From: the human T2T-CHM13v2.0 reference genome, Homo sapiens | Length of the DNA: 64,000 nt | NCBI RefSeq assembly: GCF_009914755.1 | Contig: NC_060925.1 | Strand: one strand, 5' to 3' | Part shown: in pieces, positions 1 to 13,299 of the stretch | Position numbering within the stretch: position 1 is the first letter of the stretch | Layout of the letters: every line of letters begins with the position of its first letter | Made by a program: the position numbers and the translations under genes | The notes under the pieces: model-generated | Told to the model about the DNA's origin: nothing | The model's input: only the letters and a program-made list of their open reading frames with translations | Database searches by the model: none

Positions 1-88
1 CAATATTTGGGGGCATATTTACACTTAAAAATTAATTCATTGTTTATCTAAAATTTAACTACACTTGGCATCCTTCATGTCAACCCTA
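1..88 (+). mobile_element. End of MER33/MER3-like hAT element
   Basis: aaaaattaattcattgtttatctaaaattt...caacccta resembles the MER33 terminus. Confidence 0.5.
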
Positions 89-1139
89 ACTTCATAGCTT
101 TCAAATTTTGTTCACATCTGATCTTTTTATAATCTGAGGACATTGGCTTCTTAGTGGAAAACCCCAAGGATGTCACCCTCTTCACACAGGCTGATCTATA
201 ATTGTTTGAAAGAGACCTCAAAGGAAGGGGGGCTACATTTTTAGATGTTCCAACTATTGTGGAGACTGAATATATGTGTATGTGTTAAAACTGATAAAAT
301 GTCCTAAAAGTATGTAGTCTATGAAAGGGCACATAAAGGATTGAACCCAGAAAATGATACATTTGGTCTTGGCAGAACTCTTTCTCTTTGGAAACTCCTT
401 GGTACACATGGTACAGTTGTGTCCAGAAGCAGTGGATTGAGCCAGCACCTGTTAAACACTTTTTGTTAGTAAAGTAATGGTTAGAAATAAAATGTATAAA
501 GCACAGGTATAAAATGGTACTAGTACATTTGTCAAAATTCACAGCAAGTATGATGCCACAGTGTTTGGTCACCTATTGTCAGATTTGTAGAAAAGACAGA
601 ATAACTTTCACCCCCACATATAGCTACATGACACTGCTAGGAAGCGTCTCTCTGCTAACACCATGAGCCTCATCATGTTCAGCACTCACTAGGGTCAGGA
701 TTTAGCACACTTGGGAGTATCTACAGAGCTAAAAGATATTTCTCTGCTGAGGTTACCAACACTCAGCTCAGCAGAAAGCAGACCTCAGAGAAATGGGAGT
801 GCAGTCTACAATTATGTGAAAAAAATTAAGTGATCTGAAATACACTGAAACATCTGAAACCATAATAAATATATTAAAGTAGGCTCTTTATATCACAAAA
901 GGAGAAAAATTTTAATAGATTGCTCTGGGATAGTAACAGTATCAAAAAATGCAGTAAACTCTTGAGATTTATACTTTAGAAAACAGCAATGTTCTTCTAC
1001 CAGGCATTGACTGCAGAGGAACCCAATTAGATGAATAATCGCTCTGAGATAATGTGGCATTCTGCATGTACTTCAAAACTACTGTTATATTGAAACTCAA
1101 GTGAATGACCACCTCCACATCCCCCAAAATTAAAATTTT

Positions 1140-1430
1140 GAGTGCTGATATTGAGTGCTTTCTATGTGCCAGATATTGTTCCAAGTCTATTTATTAATTT
1201 ATTTAACCCTCTCACCAAGTTAATGGGATAAGCATTCTTTGCCTTACTATTATCACCATTACCATTATTATTTCTGTTGTTGCTCTTATTATTACATTTG
1301 TTTCACATTTATGGCAACAGAGGCAGAAAGAGGTCAAATAACTTGCCCAAGGTAATACAATTAGGGGGTAACAGAGCCAATATTCATACCTAGTAGACAG
1401 GTTCTAGAGTTTATGCTCCTGAGCACTTTA
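1140..1430 (-). mobile_element. MIR SINE
   Basis: ttgagtgctttctatgtgccag ... gaggcagaaagaggtcaaataacttgcccaaggt, MIR core. Confidence 0.75.
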
Positions 1431-2515
1431 CAAAGCTACCAAACTAAGATGAAGGAAACAATAAAGAGAAGCTAAACTGACATCTACAATTTTAAGAATT
1501 TAATTGTACAGACATTTATTTACATGCATAGCTAACAGTTATTGCCTTTGAGAAATAATTAAAGGAGAAGAACAACATATTAATAAGTATTACTATGGTT
1601 AACTATTTGGCATTAGTGTTCATCCAAATTAGTCATGATACCAGTGATGAAGGCCTTGTTAATAGCTAACAGGATTTAGTGTACTGTGCTAATTATCCTT
1701 TACTGGAGACATCTGTCCTCATTGTTCTCTGTGGTCAAGGGATTAAAGAATGTGGTAATTTTTCCTGTACTGGTGAACAACAAAGCTTTCCATCCTTTAG
1801 AGTCCAAATATAACTGTATAATCATTTCATGATAGTGGTTTCCAAAGTGGATTGTCAAAAAAATATAAATTGGGGTACATGAAGAACACATTCGAATTCC
1901 AGCTGATATTTTCCCACGGAAAAATTAAACTTTAATACTTAAAATATGAATGACACTGGTGTCCTCACTTTTTCCATGCTCTATGGAGTGGAATCCCATG
2001 TCAGATCTGAGCCATTCTGAAGGCTATATTTGTTCCTCAAGGTGGAGGAATCCACCCTCTTTATCTTTCAGCCTACTGCATCATATTGTATGCATGCCTG
2101 TCATCTTACACTATTTAGTTTTAATAAAGTAATCCTAATGAAATGGACAAATAAGACTTAAGATGTCTCCAAGTGCACTGTGGGTTAAAATTCATACTAC
2201 TAAGGAAAATACAAACAAGAAAATGACAAACTGACATTTTTCTTACTTCTACAGTGTGCTATGTGCCAGCCAGGCTGCAAGTTCATGTAAAAAGTCCATA
2301 TAAGCCAGTCACAGTTAAAATCCATGAAGATCTAATCAGATTTGATTAAATGGTATTACAAAACTCAAAGTTTTAAGAAGACAATTTGAAGCATGGATTT
2401 AGATCCACAGTTTTCAGTCATATTTAAAGTTATGCATATTCATGAAATGTTTAGAAGTTTCTAGTAATGTTTTCTACTTAACAGTGGAAGTTTAAAAAAA
2501 AAGTCAGGTACTATT

Positions 2516-2865
<350 letters not shown>

Positions 2866-3524
2866 TCATGATAAAATTAACTAAAATAATACATGGAACA
2901 TAATATAATAACCCATGAAGTAAGACATGGAAAACAAATAGAATAATGGCACCAAATTTCAATGTATTCCTTTATATACTCCTTCACTAAAAACTTCTAG
3001 AAAGTGCAATAATAAAACATTGCTGAAGATTTGAAGAAATAAGTATTAGAACAGAGTACCCAGAGTGGTAGATCTGCTACATCTAATGTGAAAGTACAGA
3101 TTTAATGTATTTTTGAGGTTGCAGCTCCCTGATAGTCATTTAAACCAAGTATTGAACTTAGATCTATACCTTTGAATTGCTGCATTTAAAGTATAATCAA
3201 TATTTCATTTAAAAAAATGAAATGCTAATATTTTAGTGAGAATCATATTGATCTATTTTAAATATTGTTATTTCATCTTTCATTCTTTAATATATATTTT
3301 AAAGTATGTTTTACAATATACTTTATATACTGTATAAGATAATTTACATAAAATATTAGTAAACTAATAAATGAAAGACATTTTCAAGATATAAACATAC
3401 ATTTAGTGAGGTGCATACATTTTACTGATGGGTCTTTAGTCAAAAAGTTTGAAAACCACTTTCTTATATAATATGACAGTTTTAAGAAAGCAACAAATGC
3501 ACCTTCAAAATAAATGGACTAAAT

Positions 3525-3745
3525 GGACCTTAGAGCCACATTCATAGGTTCAAATTCCAGTTTTCATACTTACAAGAAGATTAATATATTTAGTTATTTG
3601 TGTCTTACTTTCCTTGCGTGTAAAATGTGGATAGTATTAGTACTTATCTCACAGGTTGTTTGTGTGTATTAAATTACATAATTAATGTAAAGTACTCCAA
3701 AGAGTACCTAATATTTAAGTTCTCAACAAACATCAATTATTATCA
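3525..3745 (+). mobile_element. MIR SINE
   Basis: ggttcaaattccag...tgtaaaatgtggatagtattagtacttatctcacaggttgtt. Confidence 0.7.
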
Positions 3746-4296
3746 GTAGTGGTTATAACACTCATACAGAATTATGGTTCTTCTATATTGTTTTCAAAAT
3801 TTGAAGTGACCAAAACTACATATAATGTGTATTTATTCAACAATTGGATAATTATTGTTTTGTGATATGGTTTCAATGGACCTGTCAATAGCATCTTAAA
3901 ATACCAGAACTTATATTTGTCTGTCTTTATTTTTGGCCAATATGTTCTTAATATAGAGGAGGGAAATATTTTCCACTTTCAGGACTTTCTTCTAAAGTGA
4001 TATCAGCAAAATAATTACTGAAATGGATATAATTCAAGAGTAAGTTGAGCATTTATCATTTGTGTAAACAATTCCTCATTTCTGTTGAAACTTCTCTGGG
4101 GTAGAATTGTAATTTGTAGATCATAAACCTGGCTAACTTCAATAAGTTTATAGAAAGAAAGAAATAACTATATTGCAAAGGGTGACCCATAAAGTACCCA
4201 GAATATAAGAAGAAATATTCATAATTAATCCATTATGAAATTCTGGGAATTTTATGAGAGCAGATAGCTACCTTTTCTTACATTTCTCTAGTATAC

Positions 4297-4487
4297 AGCT
4301 GGGATTAGTAAACATTTTGTGTAGAGGTCCAGAAAATAACAATTTGAGGTTTTGAGACACCTGTGGCCTTGATCACAACTATGCCATACCATTAAAGCAG
4401 AGAATACAAAAACAAACAAATGAGTGTGGCTGTATCCCAATAAAACTATTTACAAAAACAAGCCATGCTCATTGATGACTCCTGATC
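4297..4487 (+). mobile_element. MER58A-like hAT-Charlie MITE
   Basis: aaatgagtgtggctgtatcccaataaaactatttacaaaaaca matches the recalled MER58A core. Confidence 0.7.
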
Positions 4488-4494
4488 TAGAATC

Positions 4495-4610
4495 CGAGGT
4501 CCACAAGGACAAAGACTATTTTCTATTTTATTTGGTGATGTATTCTCAAGGCCTAGAACAGTGTTTGGAATATACAAGATGCTCAACAATCATTTGTTGA
4601 ATAAATAAAA
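4495..4610 (+). mobile_element. L2 3' end
   Basis: gcctagaacagtgtttggaatatacaagatgctcaacaatcatttgttgaataaat. Confidence 0.7.
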
Positions 4611-6214
4611 GGGTGAAGGATAGACCCTATATTTAAATCCCAGGTATCTTTAATAACCTTCATAAAGGAGCATTTAGCCATTAATTTGACTAAACATTTC
4701 GAAAAATTACATTTTTATTTTGTCTCACATTTTGCAGATTGTGACATAATAGTATAGAATTAGAAACAGAATATTACATAATATATGGCAACAGAAACTA
4801 ACAAATATAGCTCAAATTATCCAAATATAATTATTCTCCAGGAATAACTCTGAGTAGGGAAAAATAATAAAGTTACATCTGTTGATGTGGATAGACACAA
4901 TGGACAACTTTCAATAGTTTGCATCTAAAAGAAACTAAAGATTCATGGGTTTTATGATATAAATTCATTAATCTAAGACTTGGGCACACTGGTAGGCCAC
5001 AACTAAATTCTTAGTCAACTAGTTGGCAGGATACTTGTCTATTAGGAAATTAATCCTCATGCTATAGCTTATAGCTAAATAATTGCTCTATTTAATTATG
5101 GCTAAAATCCCATCCTAATACATAATCATTTTAGGCATTAAAATAGTATTAGCACTTCATATTTTTAACATGTTTCCATTAGGAATATTTTAATAGTGGT
5201 TTTTTTTAGTGTTTGAAGGAATAATTTACTAGTCTCAAAAACAGAATCAAAAGGCAGAGAGAACTGGACATCTGTATCCATGAAGGATAAAGTGACCCGC
5301 ACGGGAGTAAGTGAGCTACATGGGTTTATCTTTATCACTGGTTTTTAACTGTAGATGATTTTAAACCATGGAAAGGAATAAAGGTGAAGGAGAACAACTG
5401 TATGTGAAGAGCATTTACAACAATGTAAATTGATGTAATGTGACAATGAATACTACATAATGAACTATTTCTTCTTAAGATATAAGCAATGAAAAATATT
5501 TGTTGTATATACTTGCAATAGAAAACAAGAACAGAGGTTAGTAAGAATCAAACATTTCAAAGGAAGTTTATAAAACTGTAACCTTTAAGGTATAAAAACT
5601 TTAATATAAATTTATATAAGTTGCTCGCTGAGAAGCTAAAATAGAACTTTCGCAATTAAATTCAAAGGTATATCTAAAATTATTGCCAATTTAATTTTTC
5701 ATTTAAAAGGTAAAAATAGAAGAGATATAAGATTTTCCCCCAAATTATTAAGAATTGTCCTTTTCTGACTTTTAAAAAATGCTCTAATAATTTGCTTTTA
5801 GTTTTTAACAGTATCTCTGTATCTGGAGTAGATACCATTATCCCCATCTACATATCAGAAATTCAGGGCATGGAAAGAACCCATTGTTTGTACTCTTCAC
5901 TATCCATATTGCTTTTGAAAACTTCTGGCATTGTCTAGCCAGCACTTCATTTCATTCAGTTAAGTGTAAAACCTCAGTGTTAAAATTCCTACTGAAAGCA
6001 TGTCATAGGTAGATAGACTAATATACATAGGTAGATATAGTAATGATTTTCTAAGAAAAAAGTAAATAAAGTAAAAGTGATAGTTTATAATGAATGCTGC
6101 ATATAATTTTCTGAAATTTTTTCTCAAAATAATCTTATGTCCGTGATGATTTATTTCTTTAAATTTCCATTTTAGGGAAGGAAATATCATTTCTGAGTAA
6201 CTTTTCATGGCGCA

Positions 6215-6700
6215 TCATTCATTTATTCATTCAACAGTATTACTTGAGTGAATTCTACATGCTAACCCCTAAAGATAATATACTGAGAGAAAATCCATAA
6301 GGTTTTTGTTTTCACAGAGCTTACAGTACTCCTTTGAGAAGACAGATATTAATAGGTTATTCACACTAACACATGTGTAATTGTAGAATGATAAAAGTTT
6401 TCCAAAAGAAAAAAATGGGCTTCTATGAAAGCATTTAACAATGAGACTTATTATGGACTAATGAATCAAGCGGGACTTTCCTTGGAAAGTGTTGTTTGAG
6501 TTGATATCTGAAAGACAAATGAGTGGTAACTAGATGGAGGTATAAACAGAAGGAAGTGATAGGGAATGTTTTAGGGCAGAGGTGCTGAGATGGGAAGGTA
6601 CATAGAACCTCTTAGGAAGTGTCAAGCAGCCAGTGTGACTGAATATGGAGAGCTCTTGAAAAAAAGAAGGTGAGCAGCAGACAGGGTCTAGAACATGCAC
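6215..6700 (-). mobile_element. L2 3' fragment
   Basis: cattcatttattcattcaacagtattacttgag tail followed by L2-like sequence. Confidence 0.65.
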
Positions 6701-8209
6701 TTCTAGGTAAAGTATCCACACGTCCCCGTTTGCCTGGGCTGGTTGTCATTTTGATCAGATACAATCAGGAGGAATGATTTTTGCATCAAAAAGAATCTTA
6801 AATACTTATTCCTTGGGAAGCCCTGAAACTAGACTGCACAATGTTTCCGTATGAGAGAAAGAAATCAAGACCAAGCCACGCAGACTGTCCATTCTCTCAA
6901 AATTTGTAACTCATATTTTGCAGGGAATATTAAAGGGGACAGAGGGATATGACAAACACTTATAGAGAAGTTTAAATATCTTCAGTTGTGTAGAACATGA
7001 GCTCTGCAACGACTAAGAAAGACTGATTCAAAGAAAGGCTCCCTCTTGTAGTAGATCAGCTTGGGGAAGGAAATCATGTTACTTTCAGAGGATGATCAGA
7101 AGTCCAAAGGTGATTAGAACCTATACTGTGCTCTTGGCTAAGTTTAAGGATTTTATGGATTCTTAGTAAATAGGAGCTTGAAGGTTTTGTCTGTTAGCTA
7201 CAAAAGAATGCACATAATTTGCCTTAGTGTAATCAGCCCTTTTCAAACAATTGGTCTAAAGCTTTAAAAAGTTATAAATAGCAGAACCCCTGTAGGTATT
7301 TTTAAGTAGATAAGTCAATATTACAGTATTACAGTGTAAACATCTAGTAAAACATCATTTTTTATGAAATGCTGTTACTATTTTTATTTGCATGTATTAC
7401 AGAAGCTTCCATTAGGATTAACTGAGATATAAGTGTTTTGTAAAGGTTAAAAGACTATAGGAATGTAAAGTGAATAATAATTCTAATGACTATCTTGCTT
7501 TACCAACATCCATAGTTCTTCCCTTTCATCATATCATTATGTAACATCCTTCAATGTAAAGCTACATTTATAAGGAAATACTAGCGATGAATCTCATCTT
7601 AACCAGTTATTTCCAACTGGGCTTTAGAGATCCAAGAGTTTTTAAAAATATTTTTTGGATTTCTAATTTCTATGAGTTTATTCAGCTTTTAAGACATTTT
7701 CTACTATGTGTCTTAAGGACATTATCTTTGAAGGTATTTCCAGTAAGAATATATCTCTCATATATAGGAACATATTGAAACTACCAATGTATTATTTATG
7801 TTTTTATATAATTCCACTTTTCCTTATTTTGAATTCCAGCTATCTATTGTTTCAAGAAGGTCAAAATAATATGAAAAAAAGTGGAAAAATGTTACAGGCA
7901 CTGAAATGCTTATTAATACATAATATGGATAAAGGTTAGAGTATTAAAGTGCCTTGAAACACAGAGGTGACTGAAAGATGCACCCAACAAATATGATGAT
8001 GTTAAATTAAAACACATAATTAAAATGTTGATGCCATTATCCATAACATTTAAAATTACAATGAGTAGTGTTTCTAATATAACTTTAATGTGGACATCTA
8101 AAGTACAGTGCCCAAACCATGATTCTCATGATTTTTCTCATTGTATGCTATTTATAGAGGACTGCAAAATACAATCGTATTCAAGATACTTAACATCCAT
8201 GTCTAGGCT

Positions 8210-8422
8210 AGTGGTTCCCAGTGAAGAGAACTGGGAATATCATCCCCCAGAGGACATGTGGAGAGGCATTTTTGGTTGTCATATTTAAGTGGCAGTGGTG
8301 CTACTGGCATCTAGTGAGTAGAGACCAGAGATGTTCCTAAGCTTATAATAGCACAGACAGGACAGCCTCCACAACAAAGATTTGATCCAACGTGTCAGCT
8401 CTGCCATTATTGTGGAATCCTA
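8210..8422 (+). mobile_element. MER20 hAT-Charlie element
   Basis: atttttggttgtca...ggtgctactggcatctagtgagtagagaccagagatg...acaggacagcctccacaacaaaga. Confidence 0.85.
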
Positions 8423-10460
8423 GTTTATCACAATGCTTTTTGGTTTATATATTCCAATCGAACCATTTATTTTTATTATCTACCTCAGTAGATAATAATA
8501 TCTAGCATTGGCAGAAGTGTCAGAAAGAGAACACTCTCATATATTGTTGGTGAACCTATCAATTGAAGTAATTGTTTTGAAGGACAATTTGTAAATTTTA
8601 AAATCTGTATATACTTGCATTTCTACTTCTAAGAAGTAGTTCCTAATAATTTTATGTAATAGATACATGAAATTATATTGGAATAAAGATTCTCTGTGCA
8701 GTATTATTTGTAATAAGTAAACTTTGGAAATACATTAAATATTCTTCAATAGGAAAGTTGTTAAATAAATTAGCACATAGTCATAATATACATGATAAAA
8801 AGAGGGTAGAACTGTATATTCTAACAAGGAAAAATGAATATGATATATTACAGATAATAGACAATTCAGGTTTTTTGAATTTATAATCAAATATACACAC
8901 AGCAGAGGTCTAAAAGGATACAGAGTAAATATTAAGAAAAATGTATTTATGGGGAGAATGAGTGTAGATTGGAATATTCACATTTTTACCTTGCACAGTC
9001 TTGTAATATTTGCATTTTTCCAATCTTTGGCAATTTGTGCTACTAAAAAATGTAATAAGAATGTCTTACATAATAACAGATATGTCTAAATGTGGCCCAT
9101 CTTGTAAGAGTCATAAAAATTCATTTTGAGTAGGTTTTAATAAGTATTTCCTGGTGAAAGGGAATTAGATTGTAGACATATAAAGGACAATTAGAGGTTA
9201 CAACAAAAAGTGAGTGGAGTTCTGGTCAGATTTGAAAAGAAGTTGGTAAGAGTAGTGATACAGCAACACATAATTATGAGAGTTTTGATTTAAATTCAAA
9301 TGAAACCTCACAGTTTTTAAATAAAATACCTTACTTGGACATAGCTTAATTAGTATTTGCCTCAATCAAGCAAATGCTATTCTTCAATGCTGAATGTGTC
9401 TAGGGGAAACTTCAGTTTCTATTTAAAAGTTAAATTATTTTTATGAACTCTTCTTTATAGTTGTGTACTTGAATCTAATCACTTACATAGTTTTAGTTTA
9501 AAGAATTGAGCATTGAAGATTAAAAATATTGAATGAAGAAATAAATTATGGAAATTATCTTCAGTTTGCAGCTTGCTTTACAAAGATTTAGACATCTCTT
9601 TTTTGTACAGCTCAAGCTTTCAAAAAGCAAGACTAGGCCTTTTCAAGTACAGTCACAATCTTAACATTTTAAATGTAGTGATTCATAGATAGAATCAATG
9701 AGGTCACTGGTTCATATTTCAGAATTCTAAGAGATTTTTAATATTAATGAACCAAACACCTGAAGAATTACTTTAGTAAGATCAATGCAGAACATGTTAC
9801 TGTTCAAATACCTAAGTAGTTAACACTTATCTGAACGGATTAAAAGCTTAAATATTTGTTTGAAACAACATACATAATAATACATTAGTGTTGAACTAAT
9901 TCTGTTCTTACTGATTTATATATTACCTCAAAGGCATTTTACATCATATTCCCAAACCAGGCAAGCCTCAGGGCTCCATTCATAAAAATAAGCAAATACC
10001 ATTTAAGGCATTAGTCTGTAATTCTTACTCTAGAAGTCCTTACTCTATGGATAAACTGTAAGGATTCCATGTAGGAATGATTGGGATTAAAGATTGCTCT
10101 ATAGAGATTTCTTTTCTGGAGCACAAGTCTTTCTAGATGTGTTCAGAGAAACGGTGAAAGCAATCTTAACCTTCATATAAGGCCATAAAAAATTTGCCCC
10201 TAATTACCTATTTAAATTTGAAGCTTCACTTATATTGTGTCTTTATTCTGGAAAATAAATATTATTTATTCTGTTAAGTTTCTATTGGTTTTCTTTGCAA
10301 TATTTCATGTTTACTTTGTTTTAGCTAAACTTTTTCTGGTATGGTGTACTAGAGACTTCTAACAAATTCTATATAAAAACAGACACACGTATAATAATCA
10401 TATCTTGCTATAATTAAATACTGCTACTTATTCACTAATATTTTAAAAATCAAGATCTAA

Positions 10461-10478
10461 ACACACACACACACACAC
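10461..10478. repeat. (AC)9 microsatellite
   Basis: Direct reading. Confidence 0.85.
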
Positions 10479-11070
10479 TATAGTTGGCTACACATACATT
10501 CCCTTGCATATAATGTTTTGCTGTAAAAATCATGGTTTTAAAATGTCTTTTTATTTAATTTTAATACAAAAATGTAGGTATAGGAATGCCATAAGATTAT
10601 CCTCCAGAATGTTGTGCATTTTCCTTTTTTAATTGTTAAAAAATAAGTTAAAGTTGTTATTGCTGTTTTTACCATAGCCGTGTTATGTAGGGCTGGCATC
10701 ATTAACTTCATCTGCATATTAGGAACCCAAGGCTAGGCGTAGAAAAATAGCTTCAGAGAGATCACTTAATCTTGCTTCCTCATTTATTACCATCGATATT
10801 TTTAGTGGCTCAATTAAAATATACACATAATTACTGAAGACTTACTAGGCACTTCTATACTGCAGGGTGACCAAAAAGAGGGCCACAAAGTTTTACAGTT
10901 CTAGAGTCCATCACTCACAGAGGTTCCAATGTGAATGCAGCTCCCCAAAGACCACATTGCAACTGTGACTCCTAAAGTTGTGCAACACAGTGGCACTGAT
11001 TATTGAGCAAGATGAATATTGAGTAAGATGCGGTAAATAAATCAAGAAAGGCATAGCTCTATGATTGAGA

Positions 11071-11610
11071 TGTAAACTAAAAATAAAATTTGAATCCCTT
11101 CATCAACTGACTAGACTCTGTTGTGCCAAGGAGACCCCAGAAAAACTTGAAAACTGAGTTCCTGGCCATGATGAGTTGGAAGGTCAAAAACACCTTGTTA
11201 TACCCTCTCTCTTTTATGGTTTAGACAAGGGATTCCCAAACCCCAGGCCATGAACCAGTACTGCCTGAGCTCCCATCCTGTCAAATCATCAGCAGCATTA
11301 GCTTCTCATAGGAGGGCAAACCCTATTGTGCAATGTGCATGCAAGGGATCTAAGCTACATGCTCCTTATGAGAATCTAATGCCAATTACCCCTCCTCAAC
11401 AATCTGTGGAAAAATCGTCTTCCACAAAACTGGTCCCTGGTGCCAAAAAGTTGGGGATTGCTGATTTAAAAACAATAGCTGACTGCATTAATGTTAAAAT
11501 AGGAGGTCATAAAACTGCCAGAACAGACTCTTTGTGGCAATATGATACCAAATTATAAACAGGACCTGAGGCTATACCAGGCCAGGGTAAGTCATGCACC
11601 CCTACACTTT
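11071..11610 (+). mobile_element. ERV1 MER4-group LTR (MER39/MER34-like), 5' part, interrupted by MER1B
   Basis: Starts tgtaaactaaaaataaaatt; resumes after 11463 with aacagactctttgtggcaatatgataccaaatt. Confidence 0.65.
11226..11463 (+). mobile_element. MER1B-like hAT-Charlie element, internally deleted
   Basis: caagggattcccaaacccc...gctccttatgagaatctaatgcc...aaactggtccctggtgccaaaaagttggggattgctg. Confidence 0.85.
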
Positions 11611-12660
11611 AAAAAAAATTGGCAAATGTGAACTAATTAAACTAAAAAGCTTCTGCACAGCAAAACAATCAACAGAATAAACAGACAACCTATGGAATGG
11701 AAGAAAATATTTGCAAATTATGCATCTGACAAAAGTCTAATTCCAGAACTATAAGGAACTTAAACAAATTTAGAAGAAGAAAAAACAAACAACCCCATTA
11801 CAATGGGGACAAGGGACATGAAGAGACACTGTTCAAAAGGAGACATACACATGGCCAACAAGCATATGAAAAAATGTTCACTGTCACTAATCATCAGAGC
11901 AATGCAAATCAAAACCACAGTGAGATATCATCTCACACCAGTCAGAATGGCTATTATTAAAAAGTCAAAAAATTACAGATGCTGGTGAAGTTGGGGAGAA
12001 AAAGGAATGGTTATACACTGTTGGTGGGAGTACAAATTAGTTCAGCTATTGTGGAAGACAGGGTGGTGATTCCTCAAAGACCTAAAAACAGAACTACCAT
12101 TTGACCCAGCAATCCCATTACTTGGTATATACCCAAAAGAATATAAATTGTTCTATCATAAAGACACATGTTCACTGCAGCACTATTCACAATAGCAAAG
12201 ACACAGTATAAACTAAATGCCCATCAGTGGTAGACTGAATAAAGAAAACATGCATATACACCGTGGAATACTATGCAGTCAGAAAAAGAATGAGTTCATG
12301 TCCTTTGCAGGGTCGTGGATGGAACTGGAGGTCATTATCCTTTGCAAACTAATGCAGGAACAGAAAACCAAATACCACATGCTCTCACTTATAAGTGGGA
12401 GCCAAATGATGAGAACACATGGACACAAAGATGGGAACAGCAGACATTGGAGCCTACTTGAGTGTAGAAGATGGAAGGAGGGAGAAGATCGGGTAAAATC
12501 ACTAATGGGTACTAGGCTTAATACCTGCATGATGAAATAATCCATACAACAAATCCGCATGACGCAAGTTTACTTATGTAAAAAACCTGCACATGTACCC
12601 TTGAACTTAAAATAAAAGTTAAATAAAATAAAACAAAACAAAGTATAAATTAAAATAAAA
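11611..12660 (+). mobile_element. 5'-truncated L1 (older L1PA, about L1PA13-16-like), ORF2 end plus 3'UTR
   Basis: ORF2 C-terminal remnant ([24 protein letters not shown]), 3'UTR and A-rich tail. Confidence 0.92.
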
Positions 12661-13299
12661 CCTCTTATTTTTGTTCTGAATACTAAGCATCCTAGTGAGG
12701 GATAGCAAGGCCCCGACTATAAACATGGAGGAGAGTAAATGGATGAGTTTATTTGTGGAGGTAAAAATTTGTTTAGTAGTTAATGACAATCTGGACTAAG
12801 AAGTGATTAATGTATTTTAAAAAGATGATTCTTGAATACTGTGAATAATGGTGATTCTTCAGTTGATGTCTGGTATTGCCTGGTTTACAATGCTAACTAC
12901 TTCTTGTTTTGCCGTTTGTTCTCCCTCAAAAGGAATCTGGCATGCTTATAAGGGCTGCTTGCTTTAGTTCACACTTGCAATCCTCTGCCCTTTCGCAATC
13001 ATATAAAGTAGAACCTGCTTCTTGTCACATCCACAAACAAGGTCCTCCACCTCAATGAAGACTTTTGAATGTCTATGATATATATACTGATCTCTCCACA
13101 TCTTACCAGTATGACTTATATTGTAATTATATACTTTCCTTTATCATGTGTGTTGTCTTTTTTCCTCTCATTCATACTGTAGTTGGCAGAAGATATTTCT
13201 TATATTTTCTTTGTCTTTCTATCATGTCCAGAGCACCCAATTAACACGGTGAACTTAATCATATGGTTTGGGTCTTTACCTAGCAGGATATTCTAAAGC

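Noticed and set aside
254-572. Overlapping - strand ORFs (64 and 95 aa) with an AG before VLAQSTASG, as a possible alternative last exon of ADGRL4
   Set aside because: Acceptor context is purine-rich (aaaaagtgtttaacag), and the peptide does not resemble the expected exon 13 or any family I recognise.
10860-11000. Possible MER91-like MITE
   Set aside because: Only weak terminal resemblance; not supportable without an alignment.
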